Shown: piece after piece, positions 1-9,154 of the stretch
Numbering within the stretch: position 1 is the first letter of the stretch
Layout: each line of letters opens with the position of its first letter
Assembly (NCBI GenBank): GCA_046733355.1
Contig: JBKPOZ010000126.1
Span: 731-64,730 of the forward strand
Length of the DNA: 64,000 nucleotides
Reading direction: 5' to 3'
DNA from: Pseudomonadota bacterium
GTDB lineage: Bacteria > Pseudomonadota > Alphaproteobacteria > Rhizobiales > Xanthobacteraceae
The notes under the pieces: model-generated
What the model was told of the DNA's origin: nothing
What the model saw: the letters and a program-made list of their open reading frames with translations, nothing else
Databases searched by the model: none
Translations under genes and position numbers: made by a program

Positions 1-219
1 GTACACCGCCGTGTTGGTGATGTCCTTGTCCTCGAACAGGATTTGGCCGGAATCGGGCGTGAGATGCGCGCTGATGAGATTGACCAGCGACGTCTTCCCG
101 GCGCCGTTCGAGCCGACGAGCGAGAGGAACTCGCCCTGTTGCACGGTGAAATTGATGCCGTCACAGGCACGCGTCTCGCCGAACTGCTTGCGCAGGTCGA
201 TCGTGCGCAACAGCGTCAT
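1..219 (-). CDS. ABC transporter ATP-binding protein (LivG/LivF-like), N-terminal part only; the gene runs off the left edge
   Basis: The reverse complement of 1-219 reads MTLLRTIDLRKQFGETRACDGINFTVQQGEFLSLVGSNGAGKTSLVNLISAH..., with Walker A GSNGAGKT. Its ATG (217-219) overlaps the TGA (216-218) of the upstream permease gene. Confidence 0.85.
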   Translation of the reverse strand, partial: MTLLRTIDLRKQFGETRACDGINFTVQQGEFLSLVGSNGAGKTSLVNLISAHLTPDSGQILFEDKDITNTAVY

Positions 220-1229
220 GCAGGCTTTTCCTTCCGCCGGAACAGCCGCACCAGTGCAGCAAGACCGCCGACGATGCCGGTCGGGAGCACCATGACCAGG
301 AGCACGAGCACGACGCCGAGAAGCATCTGCCAGTATTCGGTCGTCGCCACCGCATAGCTCTTGAGATACGTGAACACCACGCCACCGATTATCGGACCGG
401 TGAAGTTGCGAAAGCCCCCAAGCAGTGCCGCAAACACGATCTCGCCCGAGAACGGCCAGTACAGGATCTCGGGCGTGGTGAGGCCGTTGAGCGGTGCCCA
501 TAGAATGCCGGCAAGCCCCGTAAACGTGCCGGAAATGAGAAACGCCATCCAGCGGAAGCGGCGAATGCGGATGCCCAGAAAGGCCGCGCGCGTCTCGTTG
601 TCCCGGATCGCCTGCAGCGCCTTGCCGAAAGGCGAATGCACGATCAGCCACATGAAAACGACGCAGAGCGCGAAAATCGCCAGCACGTAGTAGTAATAGG
701 CGTTGATGAAACGCGAAAACGCGCCGCTGCCGGTGAAGGTGAGCATTCCGCCAAGGAGCGGCGGCCGCGGCACGCGCAAGCCGTCCGTCCCCCCGGTGGT
801 CCAGAACAGCTTGAGCGCCAGGGACCACAACACCTGTGAGAGCGCGAGCGTGAGAATGCCGAAGAAAATCCGCGTATGCCGCACGCAGATATAGCCAAAC
901 AGTGCCGAGAGGAGCGCCGTGATAGGAACGCCGATAAGGATATACAGCTCCATCGCGTGAATGTCGGCATCGCGAACCAGGAAGGCGACCGTATAAGCGC
1001 CGATGCCGAAAAAGGCGGAATGGCCGAAGGAAAGAAGCCCCGTATAGCCGAGCAGCAGATTGAACCCCAGCGCCGCAATCGCGGCAATGAGCCCGTAGGT
1101 GAAGAGCTGGACCTGATAAAGCCCGACGAAATAGGGAAGCAAAGCCAGCGCGATTACAGCCACGATGGCGGCGATGAGCAGCAGCAGTTTGGAGCGCCAG
1201 GCGGGCGCGCTGACCTCGGGGCTCATCAT
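216..1229 (-). CDS. Branched-chain amino acid-type ABC transporter permease (LivM family)
   Basis: A 337-aa multi-pass hydrophobic ORF with the LivM-like motif GYTGLLSFGHSAFFGIGAY. Its start overlaps the stop of the preceding permease (1226-1229). Confidence 0.9.
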   Translation of the reverse strand: MMSPEVSAPAWRSKLLLLIAAIVAVIALALLPYFVGLYQVQLFTYGLIAAIAALGFNLLLGYTGLLSFGHSAFFGIGAYTVAFLVRDADIHAMELYILIGVPITALLSALFGYICVRHTRIFFGILTLALSQVLWSLALKLFWTTGGTDGLRVPRPPLLGGMLTFTGSGAFSRFINAYYYYVLAIFALCVVFMWLIVHSPFGKALQAIRDNETRAAFLGIRIRRFRWMAFLISGTFTGLAGILWAPLNGLTTPEILYWPFSGEIVFAALLGGFRNFTGPIIGGVVFTYLKSYAVATTEYWQMLLGVVLVLLVMVLPTGIVGGLAALVRLFRRKEKPA

Positions 1230-2104
1230 GCGCTTCCAAAGAGCCCCGTGGGTTTGACCAGCAGCACGATGGTGGCGATCAGATAGAGCACCGCGAGCTC
1301 GATCTCCGGGAAGAACTGAATGCCCGCGGTGCGCACGATGCTAACGATAAGCGCGCCGACGAGCGCGCCCTGGAGACTCCCGAGTCCGCCGATGACCACC
1401 ACCACGAAGGCGAGGATCAGCGCGTCGATGCCCATGTCGAGCACCGCGGTCTGGATGGGAACGATGATCGCGCCGCCGAGCCCGGCCATGAAGCAGCCGA
1501 TCGCGAAAGCGGCGACATAGATGAGACCGACATTGAGCCCAAGCGCCGAGGCCATGCGGCGGTCCTGCGACGTTGCGCGCAGCATGACGCCGAATTTGGT
1601 GCGGTAGATGACTGCCCAGAGCGCGACCGCGGCGACGATCCCGATACCGACCACCAGCAGGTTGTATCCGGGATAGACGAAGCCGCCGAAACGGATGATC
1701 GGAAAGGTGTCCATGAGCGGATCGGCCGAACGCGGATTGCCGCCCCAGATCATGAGGATCGCGTCCTGCAGGATGAGCAGAAGCCCGAATGTGATGAGGA
1801 GCTGATACTCCTCCGCGCGCCGATAGAACGGGCGCAGCAGCACGGGCTCGATCACCGCGCCAACGGCCGCCACGGCCAGCGCGCCCACCGGAATGAGCAA
1901 CAACAGCAAATGAAGCGGCAGGCCGTAGGCAATGCCCCGGCCGACCATCCAGGCGGTGACATAGGCGCCGATGGCATAGAGGCTGCCATGCGCCATGTTG
2001 ACGATGCGCATGACTCCAAAGATCAAGCTGAGGCCGGCGGAAATGAGAAAGAGGACGGAGGCGTAATAGAGCGAGTTGAGAATTTGGAGTGTAAGAATCC
2101 CCAT
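1226..2104 (-). CDS. Branched-chain amino acid-type ABC transporter permease (LivH family)
   Basis: A 292-aa hydrophobic ORF with the MRIVNMAHGSLYAIGAY motif typical of LivH/UrtB-type permeases. Confidence 0.9.
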   Translation of the reverse strand: MGILTLQILNSLYYASVLFLISAGLSLIFGVMRIVNMAHGSLYAIGAYVTAWMVGRGIAYGLPLHLLLLLIPVGALAVAAVGAVIEPVLLRPFYRRAEEYQLLITFGLLLILQDAILMIWGGNPRSADPLMDTFPIIRFGGFVYPGYNLLVVGIGIVAAVALWAVIYRTKFGVMLRATSQDRRMASALGLNVGLIYVAAFAIGCFMAGLGGAIIVPIQTAVLDMGIDALILAFVVVVIGGLGSLQGALVGALIVSIVRTAGIQFFPEIELAVLYLIATIVLLVKPTGLFGSA

Positions 2105-2163
2105 AGCTGGTTGCGAGCCTCTCCGCCGTGCGCGCGGACCTTAGCCCATCTCAGATACGGTGT

Positions 2164-2194
2164 AAAAAAAACGCGCCCGAGAAGCTCGGGCGCG
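2164..2194 (-). terminator. Intercistronic Rho-independent terminator or attenuator between the binding-protein gene and the permease genes
   Basis: The minus strand reads CGCGCCCGAG-CTT-CTCGGGCGCG followed by TTTTTTTT: a 10-bp GC-rich stem plus a T8 tract. Confidence 0.6.
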
Positions 2195-2213
2195 TCGTGG
2201 TTGTTCTTTCCCT

Positions 2214-2274
2214 CCGCTCGTCCCCGCGAAAGCGGGGACCCAGTCTCGATTCCCGCTTGCGCGGGAATGAGCGG
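2214..2274. repeat. REP-like element, family A (GTCCCCGCGAAAGCGGGGACCCAG ... GATTCCCGC..GCGGGAATGAGCGG)
   Basis: Two adjacent hairpin-forming palindromes. The same composite element recurs at 13691-13760 and, inverted, at 36004-36066. Confidence 0.85.
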
Positions 2275-2285
2275 AACGAGAGGCC

Positions 2286-3683
2286 TCAGCCCACCGCCTT
2301 CGGCCAGGTGGTCTTGATCCAGTTCGCCGCCGCCGTCGATTCGTTGTGGCCCTGGCCGGGCTTCGGCCAGTTCGGCGGCGCCGTGATGTTACGAATGGGA
2401 ATCGTGATCACCCGGTTCGGGTCCCAGGTCGAGAACGGATATTCGGGCAAATTCTTGCTGAACCCGATGATCGCGTCCTTGTAGCCCTGGTGATTGTCGG
2501 GCCGGATGTAGACATAGCCCGATGGCGCGTCGTAGCCCAGGCCCTCGAGCTGGCTGACGATCAACTCGTCATCAGGCCAGCCGCCGTGCAGGCGATTGGC
2601 GCGCTCGATGGCGTTCTTGAGCATGTAGAGCGTGACATAGGCGCCTTCCGACTGGAAGTTCGGATACTCGTTCCAGCGTTTGTAGTAGCGCTGCACGAAA
2701 GACTTGTTCACCGGCCAGCGGTCGCCCGCCGGGAAGCTGAAGTAGTAGTTCGAGTGCACGCCGGCGAGCACGCCTTCCGGATGGTCCTTGCCGATCGCGT
2801 GCGGCGCAACGCCGAGCGCGAGCGTGGTCGCGACCTTCATCTTGTCGAACAGACCGTAGCGCAGTGCCTGCTTGTAGAACGCGATGTAATCGCCGCCCCA
2901 GACCGAGGTGAAGAGCAGGTCGGGGTTCGACGACATCGCTTTGGTGATATGCGAGGTGAAGTCCGTGGTGCCGAGCTTGGGCCAGCTTTCCGACACAGTC
3001 TCCACGCCCGGCAAGAGCCGCTCGAGCGCGAGCGTAAAGTGCTCGGCCGCGTTGCGCCCATAGCTGTAGTCGGGATGGATGTGGGCGATGCGCCGCACCT
3101 GCGGCCAGGTTTGTGCGGTGCCGATCGCGCTGGTGATGCCATCCGCCGACTGAATGTTGGTGAGGCGGAAGAGGTATTTCGGGTTCGGGACCGCCTTGTC
3201 GAACAGAAAGTCGGTGCAGCCGTCGACAAAGATTGAGAGCAGGCTCAGCTCCTCAGAGACGGGACCCAGCGCCGGCGAGTTGCCGCTGGAAATCACCCCG
3301 GTGAAGAGGTCGATCTTACCCTCGAGCTTCATGCGCCGAAGCTCTTTCACGTTGGCGTCGGTTCCGGCCGCTTCGTCCGCCGTGATGGTCTCGATCTTGC
3401 GCTTGCCCAAAAATCCGCCCTGGGCATTGATCTCTTCGGCCGCAAGCGTGTGCCCCTTGAGCGAAGGCTCGCCGAGCACCGCGGCTGGGCCGGTGAGAAA
3501 GGTCATATGCCCGGTCTTGTAGGGCGTATCGGGGATCTTTCCGGCCGCCTTCGGCGGCTCGGCGGCGGCCCTGACCAGTTGCGGGGCGGCAACGAGGCCG
3601 GCACCGGCAAGGCTGCCTCCGCCGACAGTAACCCCGAGCGCGCTAAGAAAACCGCGCCGGTCGAGGGTAGGGGGCTTCTCCAT
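2286..3683 (-). CDS. ABC transporter periplasmic substrate-binding protein (type-1 PBP, Leu/Ile/Val/amide-binding family) with a Tat signal
   Basis: ORF 2286..3755. The start is placed at MEKPPTLDRRGFLSALGVTVGGGSLAGAG (twin-arginine motif). The mature part has PBP1-like motifs (GPAAVLGEPSLKGHTLAAEEINAQGG). Confidence 0.85.
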   Translation of the reverse strand: MEKPPTLDRRGFLSALGVTVGGGSLAGAGLVAAPQLVRAAAEPPKAAGKIPDTPYKTGHMTFLTGPAAVLGEPSLKGHTLAAEEINAQGGFLGKRKIETITADEAAGTDANVKELRRMKLEGKIDLFTGVISSGNSPALGPVSEELSLLSIFVDGCTDFLFDKAVPNPKYLFRLTNIQSADGITSAIGTAQTWPQVRRIAHIHPDYSYGRNAAEHFTLALERLLPGVETVSESWPKLGTTDFTSHITKAMSSNPDLLFTSVWGGDYIAFYKQALRYGLFDKMKVATTLALGVAPHAIGKDHPEGVLAGVHSNYYFSFPAGDRWPVNKSFVQRYYKRWNEYPNFQSEGAYVTLYMLKNAIERANRLHGGWPDDELIVSQLEGLGYDAPSGYVYIRPDNHQGYKDAIIGFSKNLPEYPFSTWDPNRVITIPIRNITAPPNWPKPGQGHNESTAAANWIKTTWPKAVG

Positions 3684-3977
3684 GGGCTGTTCTCCCTGAG
3701 GTTTTTGGACGGGATGGGTGGGGACTATGTTTGAGGCGTCCCTGGCGCGCTTCATATCACGTTACCATCGGGTGCGCGACCAGGCAGTGCGACAATCGCA
3801 AGCAACTTGAAGTGAAGAACCCTGCCGGGCGGCTTTTCATCCGCCTGTCCGGGAAGGATCGCTCGTGGCAGCTCCGGCCGCTCAATTGTGAGGCAGGCGG
3901 GCCTCCGCGATTCTTTCCCCGTCCTTCACACCGAAGGATTTTATCTTTTATTTCACGACTTTGCTTGGTTGACGGAT

Positions 3978-3992
3978 TGGCACGCCGCTTGC
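3978..3992 (+). promoter_or_regulatory. Sigma-54 (RpoN) -24/-12 promoter upstream of urtA
   Basis: TGGCAC-GCCGC-TTGC matches the consensus TGGCAC-N5-TTGC exactly. It lies about 60 nt upstream of the urtA ATG, with an AT-rich tract (about 3935-3955) upstream. Confidence 0.75.
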
Positions 3993-4051
3993 GACTCTCG
4001 CACTGCAAAATGCATAAAACCCATTTCGTGCGTCAACAGAAGGACATCGCC

Positions 4052-5377
4052 ATGCATCCAACTATTGGGGCGGGCCGGCCGCTTGGCCGCCGCTCGGTCC
4101 TGGCGCTCGCCGGACTAGCCCTGGGACTTTCCGCCGCACCCGCGCTTGCCCAAGGGGGCAGCGGAGACACCATCAAGGTCGGCGTGCTGCATTCGCTCTC
4201 CGGCACAATGGCAATCAGCGAGACTACCCTGAGCGACGTCATGCGCATGCTCATCGAGGAGCAGAACAAGAAGGGCGGACTTTTGGGCAAGAAGCTCGAA
4301 GCCGTCGTAGTCGATCCCGGAGGCGGACCCAACTGGGCGCTGTTTGCCGAAAAAGCGCGCGAGCTCATCACCCAGCACAAGGTTGCCGCCGTGTTCGGCT
4401 GCTGGACCTCGGTGTCACGCAAGACCGTGCTCCCCGTCTTCAAGGAGCTCAACAACATCCTTTTCTATCCGGTGCAGTACGAAGGCGAAGAAAGCGAGCG
4501 CAACGTCTTCTATACCGGCGCTGCCCCAAATCAGCAGGCGATACCCGCGGTCGACTATCTGATGTCGAAGGACGGCGGCGAGGCAAAGCGATGGGTGCTC
4601 GCCGGCACCGATTACGTCTATCCGCGCACCACCAACAAAATCCTCGAAGCCTTTCTCAAGCAGAAGGGCGTCGCGGATGCGGACATCATGATCAATTATA
4701 CGCCGTTCGGCCATTCCGACTGGCAGACCATCGTCAGCGAAATCAAGAAATTCGGCTCCGCGGGCAAGAAGACGGCAGTGGTCTCAACCATCAACGGCGA
4801 CGCCAACGTCCCGTTCTACAAGGAGCTCGGCAACCAGGGCGTTAAGGCGACTGACATTCCGGTGGTGGCGTTCTCGGTCGGCGAGGAGGAGCTTGCTGGT
4901 CTCGATACGCGGCCGCTCGTCGGTCATCTGGCGGCATGGAATTACTTCATGTCGATCAAGTCCCCCATCAATGACGAGTTCATCAAGAGCTGGCACGCCT
5001 TCATCAAGAACCCGAAACGGGTCACCAACGATCCCATGGAAGCGCATTTCATCGGCTTTGCCATGTGGGTGAAGGCGGTGGAGAAGGCCGGCACCACCGA
5101 TCCGGACAAGGTGATCGATGCGCTTCCCGGCATCGAGGCGCCGAACCTCACCGGTGGCATGTCAAAAATGCTGCCCAATCATCACATCACCAAGCCGGTG
5201 TTCATCGGCGAGGTGCGTGCGGACGGCCAGTTCGACGTGGTATGGAAAACCCCGGGCTTGGTGCCGGGCGATGCCTGGTCCAAGTACCTGCCCGGCTCCA
5301 AGGACCTGATCGGCGACTGGGTAACGCTCAAATGCGGCAACTACAATACCGTCACCAAGAAGTGCGGCGGCGCCTGA
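4052..5377 (+). CDS. urtA: Urea ABC transporter substrate-binding protein UrtA
   Basis: ORF 3731..5377. The start is placed at MHPTIGAGRPLGRRSVLALAGLALGLSAAPALAQ (signal peptide, AGGA 7 nt upstream), giving about 441 aa with IKVGVLHSLSGTMAISE. It is followed by urtBCDE and the ure genes. Confidence 0.93.
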   Translation: MHPTIGAGRPLGRRSVLALAGLALGLSAAPALAQGGSGDTIKVGVLHSLSGTMAISETTLSDVMRMLIEEQNKKGGLLGKKLEAVVVDPGGGPNWALFAEKARELITQHKVAAVFGCWTSVSRKTVLPVFKELNNILFYPVQYEGEESERNVFYTGAAPNQQAIPAVDYLMSKDGGEAKRWVLAGTDYVYPRTTNKILEAFLKQKGVADADIMINYTPFGHSDWQTIVSEIKKFGSAGKKTAVVSTINGDANVPFYKELGNQGVKATDIPVVAFSVGEEELAGLDTRPLVGHLAAWNYFMSIKSPINDEFIKSWHAFIKNPKRVTNDPMEAHFIGFAMWVKAVEKAGTTDPDKVIDALPGIEAPNLTGGMSKMLPNHHITKPVFIGEVRADGQFDVVWKTPGLVPGDAWSKYLPGSKDLIGDWVTLKCGNYNTVTKKCGGA

Positions 5378-5399
5378 TTTTCGCCTGTCTCGCAGCATC

Positions 5400-5478
5400 G
5401 TAGCCCGGGTGAGCGAAGCGACACCCGGGACTAGAACCGGAGCAATCCCGCATGTCGCTGACGCTCATGCGGGCTACC
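5400..5478. repeat. REP-like element, family B (GTAGCCCGG[AG]TGAGCG.AGCGACA.CCGGG ... inverted partner)
   Basis: An inverted pair of about 30-bp arms. Related copies are at 22516-22582, 39432-39503, 42058-42127 and 51216-51286. Confidence 0.85.
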
Positions 5479-7079
5479 GTCACTTCGCCATCGCCGTCCT
5501 CGCGTTTGCATTTGCACTGCTCGTGCCCATGGCTGCTGCGCGGGCGGAGCCGTACGCAGATGCGCTTCTCCATTTCAGCGCTGACAGTTTCGGCGAAACG
5601 GAGCAGGGCATCAACGAAGTCGCGGCGAGTGGAAACCCGCTCGCCGCAACCGTAATCATCGCGCTGCAGGAGGGTCGCCTCCTGTTCAGCGCGCAGGAGA
5701 AGCTCGTGCTCATCCGCGAGAGCGCGGGCGGGCTTCTGGATGCGCGCAACGGTGAGACCTTCACGGGCACGCCGCCGGCTGATGTTTCGCCAGTGCGCCT
5801 CAACAATCGCCTGCGCCGCATCATCGAGGGGGTGCTCGGCACGCTCACGTTATTGTCACCCGATCCGGCCAGGCGCCTCGAAGCGGCACTCGCGGTGTTC
5901 AGGTCGCGCGATCCGAACGCGCTCCCGCTGCTCGATCAGGCGATCGCCAAGGAAGCTGACCCGCGCATCAAGCAGGCCCTCATTCAGGCGCGTGCCGCCG
6001 TCGTGCTGTACCTCGAGAGTGCATCGGATGCGGACAAGATTGCCGCCATTGGGGTCATCCGTGAGCGGGGCGACCAGGAGGCGTTGGCGCTCCTTGGAGG
6101 CCTGCCGGCCAGCACCAGCCCTGCGGTGATGAAAGCGGCAGCCGATGCGATCGCGTCCATCGAGAACACACTCGCGATTTGGGCGGGCCTGCAGAATGCC
6201 TGGTACGGGCTCTCGCTCGGCTCGGTGCTGCTGCTTGCCGCAATCGGCCTTGCCATCACCTTCGGGGTGATGGGGGTCATCAACATGGCGCATGGCGAGA
6301 TGGTGATGCTCGGCGCCTACACGACCTACGTCGTGCAGCAGCTCATCCGCGCCTACAGCCCGGCATGGTTCGACTTCTCTCTCGCGCTCGCCGTTCCGCT
6401 CGCTTTTCTGATGGCCGGCGCAATCGGCATCCTTATCGAGCGCGGCATCATACACTTCTTATATGGTCGGCCGCTCGAGACCCTTCTCGCCACCTGGGGG
6501 CTCTCGCTCATCCTGCAGCAGGCGGTGCGCACGGCTTTCGGACCGACCAACAAGGATGTGAGCGCGCCTTCCTGGATGAGCGGCTCCTTCGATCTCGGCC
6601 AGCTCACCATTACCTACAACCGCCTCTGCATCATCGTCTTCACGCTGCTCATCTTCGCCGGGCTGCTTGCCTTGCTCCGATGGAGCCGCTTCGGGCTTGA
6701 GATGCGCGCGGTCACGCAGAACCGAGCTATGGCGGCATCAATGGGCATTCGCACAAGCCGCATCGACGCACTCACCTTCGGGCTGGGCTCGGGGATTGCC
6801 GGCCTCGCCGGCGTCGCGCTTTCGCAGATCGACAATGTCAGCCCCAATCTGGGCCAGGGCTACATCATCGATTCGTTCATGGTCGTGGTGTTCGGCGGCG
6901 TGGGCAATCTGTGGGGCACGCTCGTCGGCGCCTTCACCCTCGGCATTGCCAACAAGTTCCTCGAGCCCTATGCGGGCGCGGTCCTTGGCAAGATCGCCAT
7001 CCTCGTGCTGATCATTCTGTTCATCCAAAAACGCCCGCGCGGCCTCTTCGCGCTCAAAGGCCGCGCCGCCGAAGCATGA
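5409..7079 (+). CDS. urtB: Urea ABC transporter permease UrtB, long form with an N-terminal extension of about 250 aa
   Basis: A 556-aa ORF. The C-terminal 300 aa is LivH-like (GVINMAHGEMVMLGAYT). The N-terminal part is a helical-repeat region after a signal or anchor segment. The exact start (GTG 5409) lies inside REP B and is uncertain. Confidence 0.88.
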   Translation: MSEATPGTRTGAIPHVADAHAGYRHFAIAVLAFAFALLVPMAAARAEPYADALLHFSADSFGETEQGINEVAASGNPLAATVIIALQEGRLLFSAQEKLVLIRESAGGLLDARNGETFTGTPPADVSPVRLNNRLRRIIEGVLGTLTLLSPDPARRLEAALAVFRSRDPNALPLLDQAIAKEADPRIKQALIQARAAVVLYLESASDADKIAAIGVIRERGDQEALALLGGLPASTSPAVMKAAADAIASIENTLAIWAGLQNAWYGLSLGSVLLLAAIGLAITFGVMGVINMAHGEMVMLGAYTTYVVQQLIRAYSPAWFDFSLALAVPLAFLMAGAIGILIERGIIHFLYGRPLETLLATWGLSLILQQAVRTAFGPTNKDVSAPSWMSGSFDLGQLTITYNRLCIIVFTLLIFAGLLALLRWSRFGLEMRAVTQNRAMAASMGIRTSRIDALTFGLGSGIAGLAGVALSQIDNVSPNLGQGYIIDSFMVVVFGGVGNLWGTLVGAFTLGIANKFLEPYAGAVLGKIAILVLIILFIQKRPRGLFALKGRAAEA

Positions 7080-7120
7080 TAGGCAGTGTGAGTCACATTT
7101 CGTCGACAGACTCAGGTCTG

Positions 7121-7150
7121 CTCCCTCTCCCCGTCGTCGGGGAGAGGGAG
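7121..7150. repeat. Perfect 12-bp-stem hairpin between urtB and urtC
   Basis: CTCCCTCTCCCC-gtcgtc-GGGGAGAGGGAG with no T tract after it. This looks like an intercistronic stem-loop or REP-type element. Confidence 0.7.
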
Positions 7151-7193
7151 CGCGCCGGAATTTGCCGCCTGAGACCAGGAACATCTTGAGCAC

Positions 7194-8399
7194 ATGAGTC
7201 TCTGGGCTGATTCCTCCCGCTACGTCCGGCGGCGCGCCGAGAAGGTGCACGCCATCGCTGCGCGCGCGCTCGATCGCGGCGCGCTCGCCTTCTTGGCCTC
7301 GCTCGCCGCCATAGGTGTGCTCGTGCCGCTTCTCAATCTCGCGGTGCCGCCCACCTCGCCCTTGCACATCTCGAGCTATTTCGTGGTGCTGTTGGGCAAA
7401 TATCTGTGCTTCGCGTTGCTTGCATTGGCGATCGACCTGATCTGGGGTTACGGCGGCATTCTTTCGCTTGGCCACGGCGCTTTCTTCGCGCTCGGCGGTT
7501 ACGCCATGGGCATGTATCTGATGCGCCAGATCGGCACCCGCGGCGTCTATGCGCATCCCGTGCTGCCGGATTTCATGGTGTTTCTGAACTGGTCGGAGCT
7601 GCCGGTCTACTGGTATGGCTTTGAGTATTTCGCCTACGCGGCGATCATGATCGTGCTGGTGCCAGGCCTGCTTGCCTTGGTGTTCGGCTGGTTCGCCTTC
7701 CGCAGCCGGGTTAGCGGAGTCTATTTCGCCATCATCACGCAGGCGCTCACCTTTGCGCTGATGCTCGGATTTTTCCGCAACAATTTCGGCTTCGGCGGCA
7801 ACAACGGGCTCACGGATTTCAAGGACATTCTCGGCTTCAACGTGCAGGCGCCGGGCACGCGCGCGGCGCTTTTCGCCGCCTCCACGCTCGCCGTCATGCT
7901 CGGCTTTGTCGTTTGTCGCATCGTGGTGAGCTCGAAATTCGGCAACGTGCTCGTCGCCATTCGCGACGCGGAAGCGCGCGTGCGTTTTCTGGGTTACCGC
8001 GTCGAAGCCTACAAGCTGTTCGTGTTCACGCTGTCGGCTTGCATGGCCGGCATTGCCGGCGCCCTGTTCGTGCCGCAGGTCGGCATCATCAATCCGAGCG
8101 AATTTTCGCCCGCGAACTCCATCGAGGCGGTGATCTGGGTCGCGGTCGGCGGACGCGGCACGCTGACCGGCGCCGTGCTCGGTGCGATACTGGTGAATTA
8201 TGCGAAGACCGCTTTCACCAGCGGCGTGCTCGCGCCCTACTGGCTGTTCGTGCTCGGCGGCCTGTTCGTGGCGGTCACCTTGCTGCTGCCGCGCGGCATT
8301 GTCGGCACCGTGCAGGATATCTGGCACCGCCTGCATACCACCACCGGCGCGTCCCCAATAGCACGCGTGTCAGACGAAGCACCTCGTCCCGCGGAGTAA
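7194..8399 (+). CDS. urtC: Urea ABC transporter permease UrtC
   Basis: A 401-aa LivM-like hydrophobic ORF (GYGGILSLGHGAFFALGGYAMGMYL) in the urt gene order. Confidence 0.92.
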   Translation: MSLWADSSRYVRRRAEKVHAIAARALDRGALAFLASLAAIGVLVPLLNLAVPPTSPLHISSYFVVLLGKYLCFALLALAIDLIWGYGGILSLGHGAFFALGGYAMGMYLMRQIGTRGVYAHPVLPDFMVFLNWSELPVYWYGFEYFAYAAIMIVLVPGLLALVFGWFAFRSRVSGVYFAIITQALTFALMLGFFRNNFGFGGNNGLTDFKDILGFNVQAPGTRAALFAASTLAVMLGFVVCRIVVSSKFGNVLVAIRDAEARVRFLGYRVEAYKLFVFTLSACMAGIAGALFVPQVGIINPSEFSPANSIEAVIWVAVGGRGTLTGAVLGAILVNYAKTAFTSGVLAPYWLFVLGGLFVAVTLLLPRGIVGTVQDIWHRLHTTTGASPIARVSDEAPRPAE

Positions 8400-8401
8400 G
8401 C

Positions 8402-9154
8402 ATGGATCCGCGCACGACCACCGCGCTTCTCTATCTCAACGGCGTGAGCGTGTCGTTCGAGGGCTTCCGCGCTCTCAACAATCTTTCCTTCACTATCGAG
8501 CCGGGCGAGATGCGCGCCATCATCGGCCCCAATGGCGCCGGCAAGACCACCATGATGGATGTGGTCACCGGCAAGACCCGCGCCGACGCGGGGGATATCT
8601 ATTTCGATGGCGCCCACGACCTGTCGCGCCTCGACGAGACGGAGATCGCGCTTCTCGGAATCGGGCGCAAGTTTCAGAAGCCCACCGTGTTCGAGATGCA
8701 CACGGTCGCCGACAATCTCGGGCTTGCACTCAAAGCCGACCGTCGCGCGCTCAGCACGCTTTCCTGGTTGCCCACGCCCGAGGAGAACGCGCGCATAGCC
8801 GAGATCCTCGAGATCACCCGCCTCGCTCCCGTGCGCGATCGCGTGGCCGGCCTGCTCTCGCACGGCCAGAAACAGTGGCTTGAGATCGGCATGCTGCTTG
8901 CACAGGATCCGAAGCTTCTCCTGGTCGACGAGCCGGCGGCCGGCATGACCGATGCGGAGACACGCCAGACCGCCGAGCTCCTGAAAGAGATCAACCGCGA
9001 TCGCACCGTGGTGGTGGTCGAGCATGACATGGCCTTCATCCGCGAGCTCGGGGTGAAGGTCACCTGTCTGCACGAGGGCTCGGTGCTCGCGGAGGGCACC
9101 ATCGACCAGGTGTCGAGCAACCAGCGCGTGGTCGAAGTCTATCTGGGGCGCTGA
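8402..9154 (+). CDS. urtD: Urea ABC transporter ATP-binding protein UrtD
   Basis: The start is at MDPRTTTALLYLNGVSVSFEGF, 3 nt after the urtC stop. It has Walker A GPNGAGKT and the signature LSHGQKQWLEI. The longer ORF from 7913 is an upstream read-through. Confidence 0.93.
   Translation: MDPRTTTALLYLNGVSVSFEGFRALNNLSFTIEPGEMRAIIGPNGAGKTTMMDVVTGKTRADAGDIYFDGAHDLSRLDETEIALLGIGRKFQKPTVFEMHTVADNLGLALKADRRALSTLSWLPTPEENARIAEILEITRLAPVRDRVAGLLSHGQKQWLEIGMLLAQDPKLLLVDEPAAGMTDAETRQTAELLKEINRDRTVVVVEHDMAFIRELGVKVTCLHEGSVLAEGTIDQVSSNQRVVEVYLGR

Noticed and set aside
6738-8336. A 532-aa ORF on the minus strand across urtB/urtC.
   Set aside because: It is antisense to two genes with clear transporter motifs. 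Its translation is Arg/His/Glu/Asp/Gly-rich low complexity (RRRGEGAD, HEQ repeats), typical of a GC-rich shadow frame.
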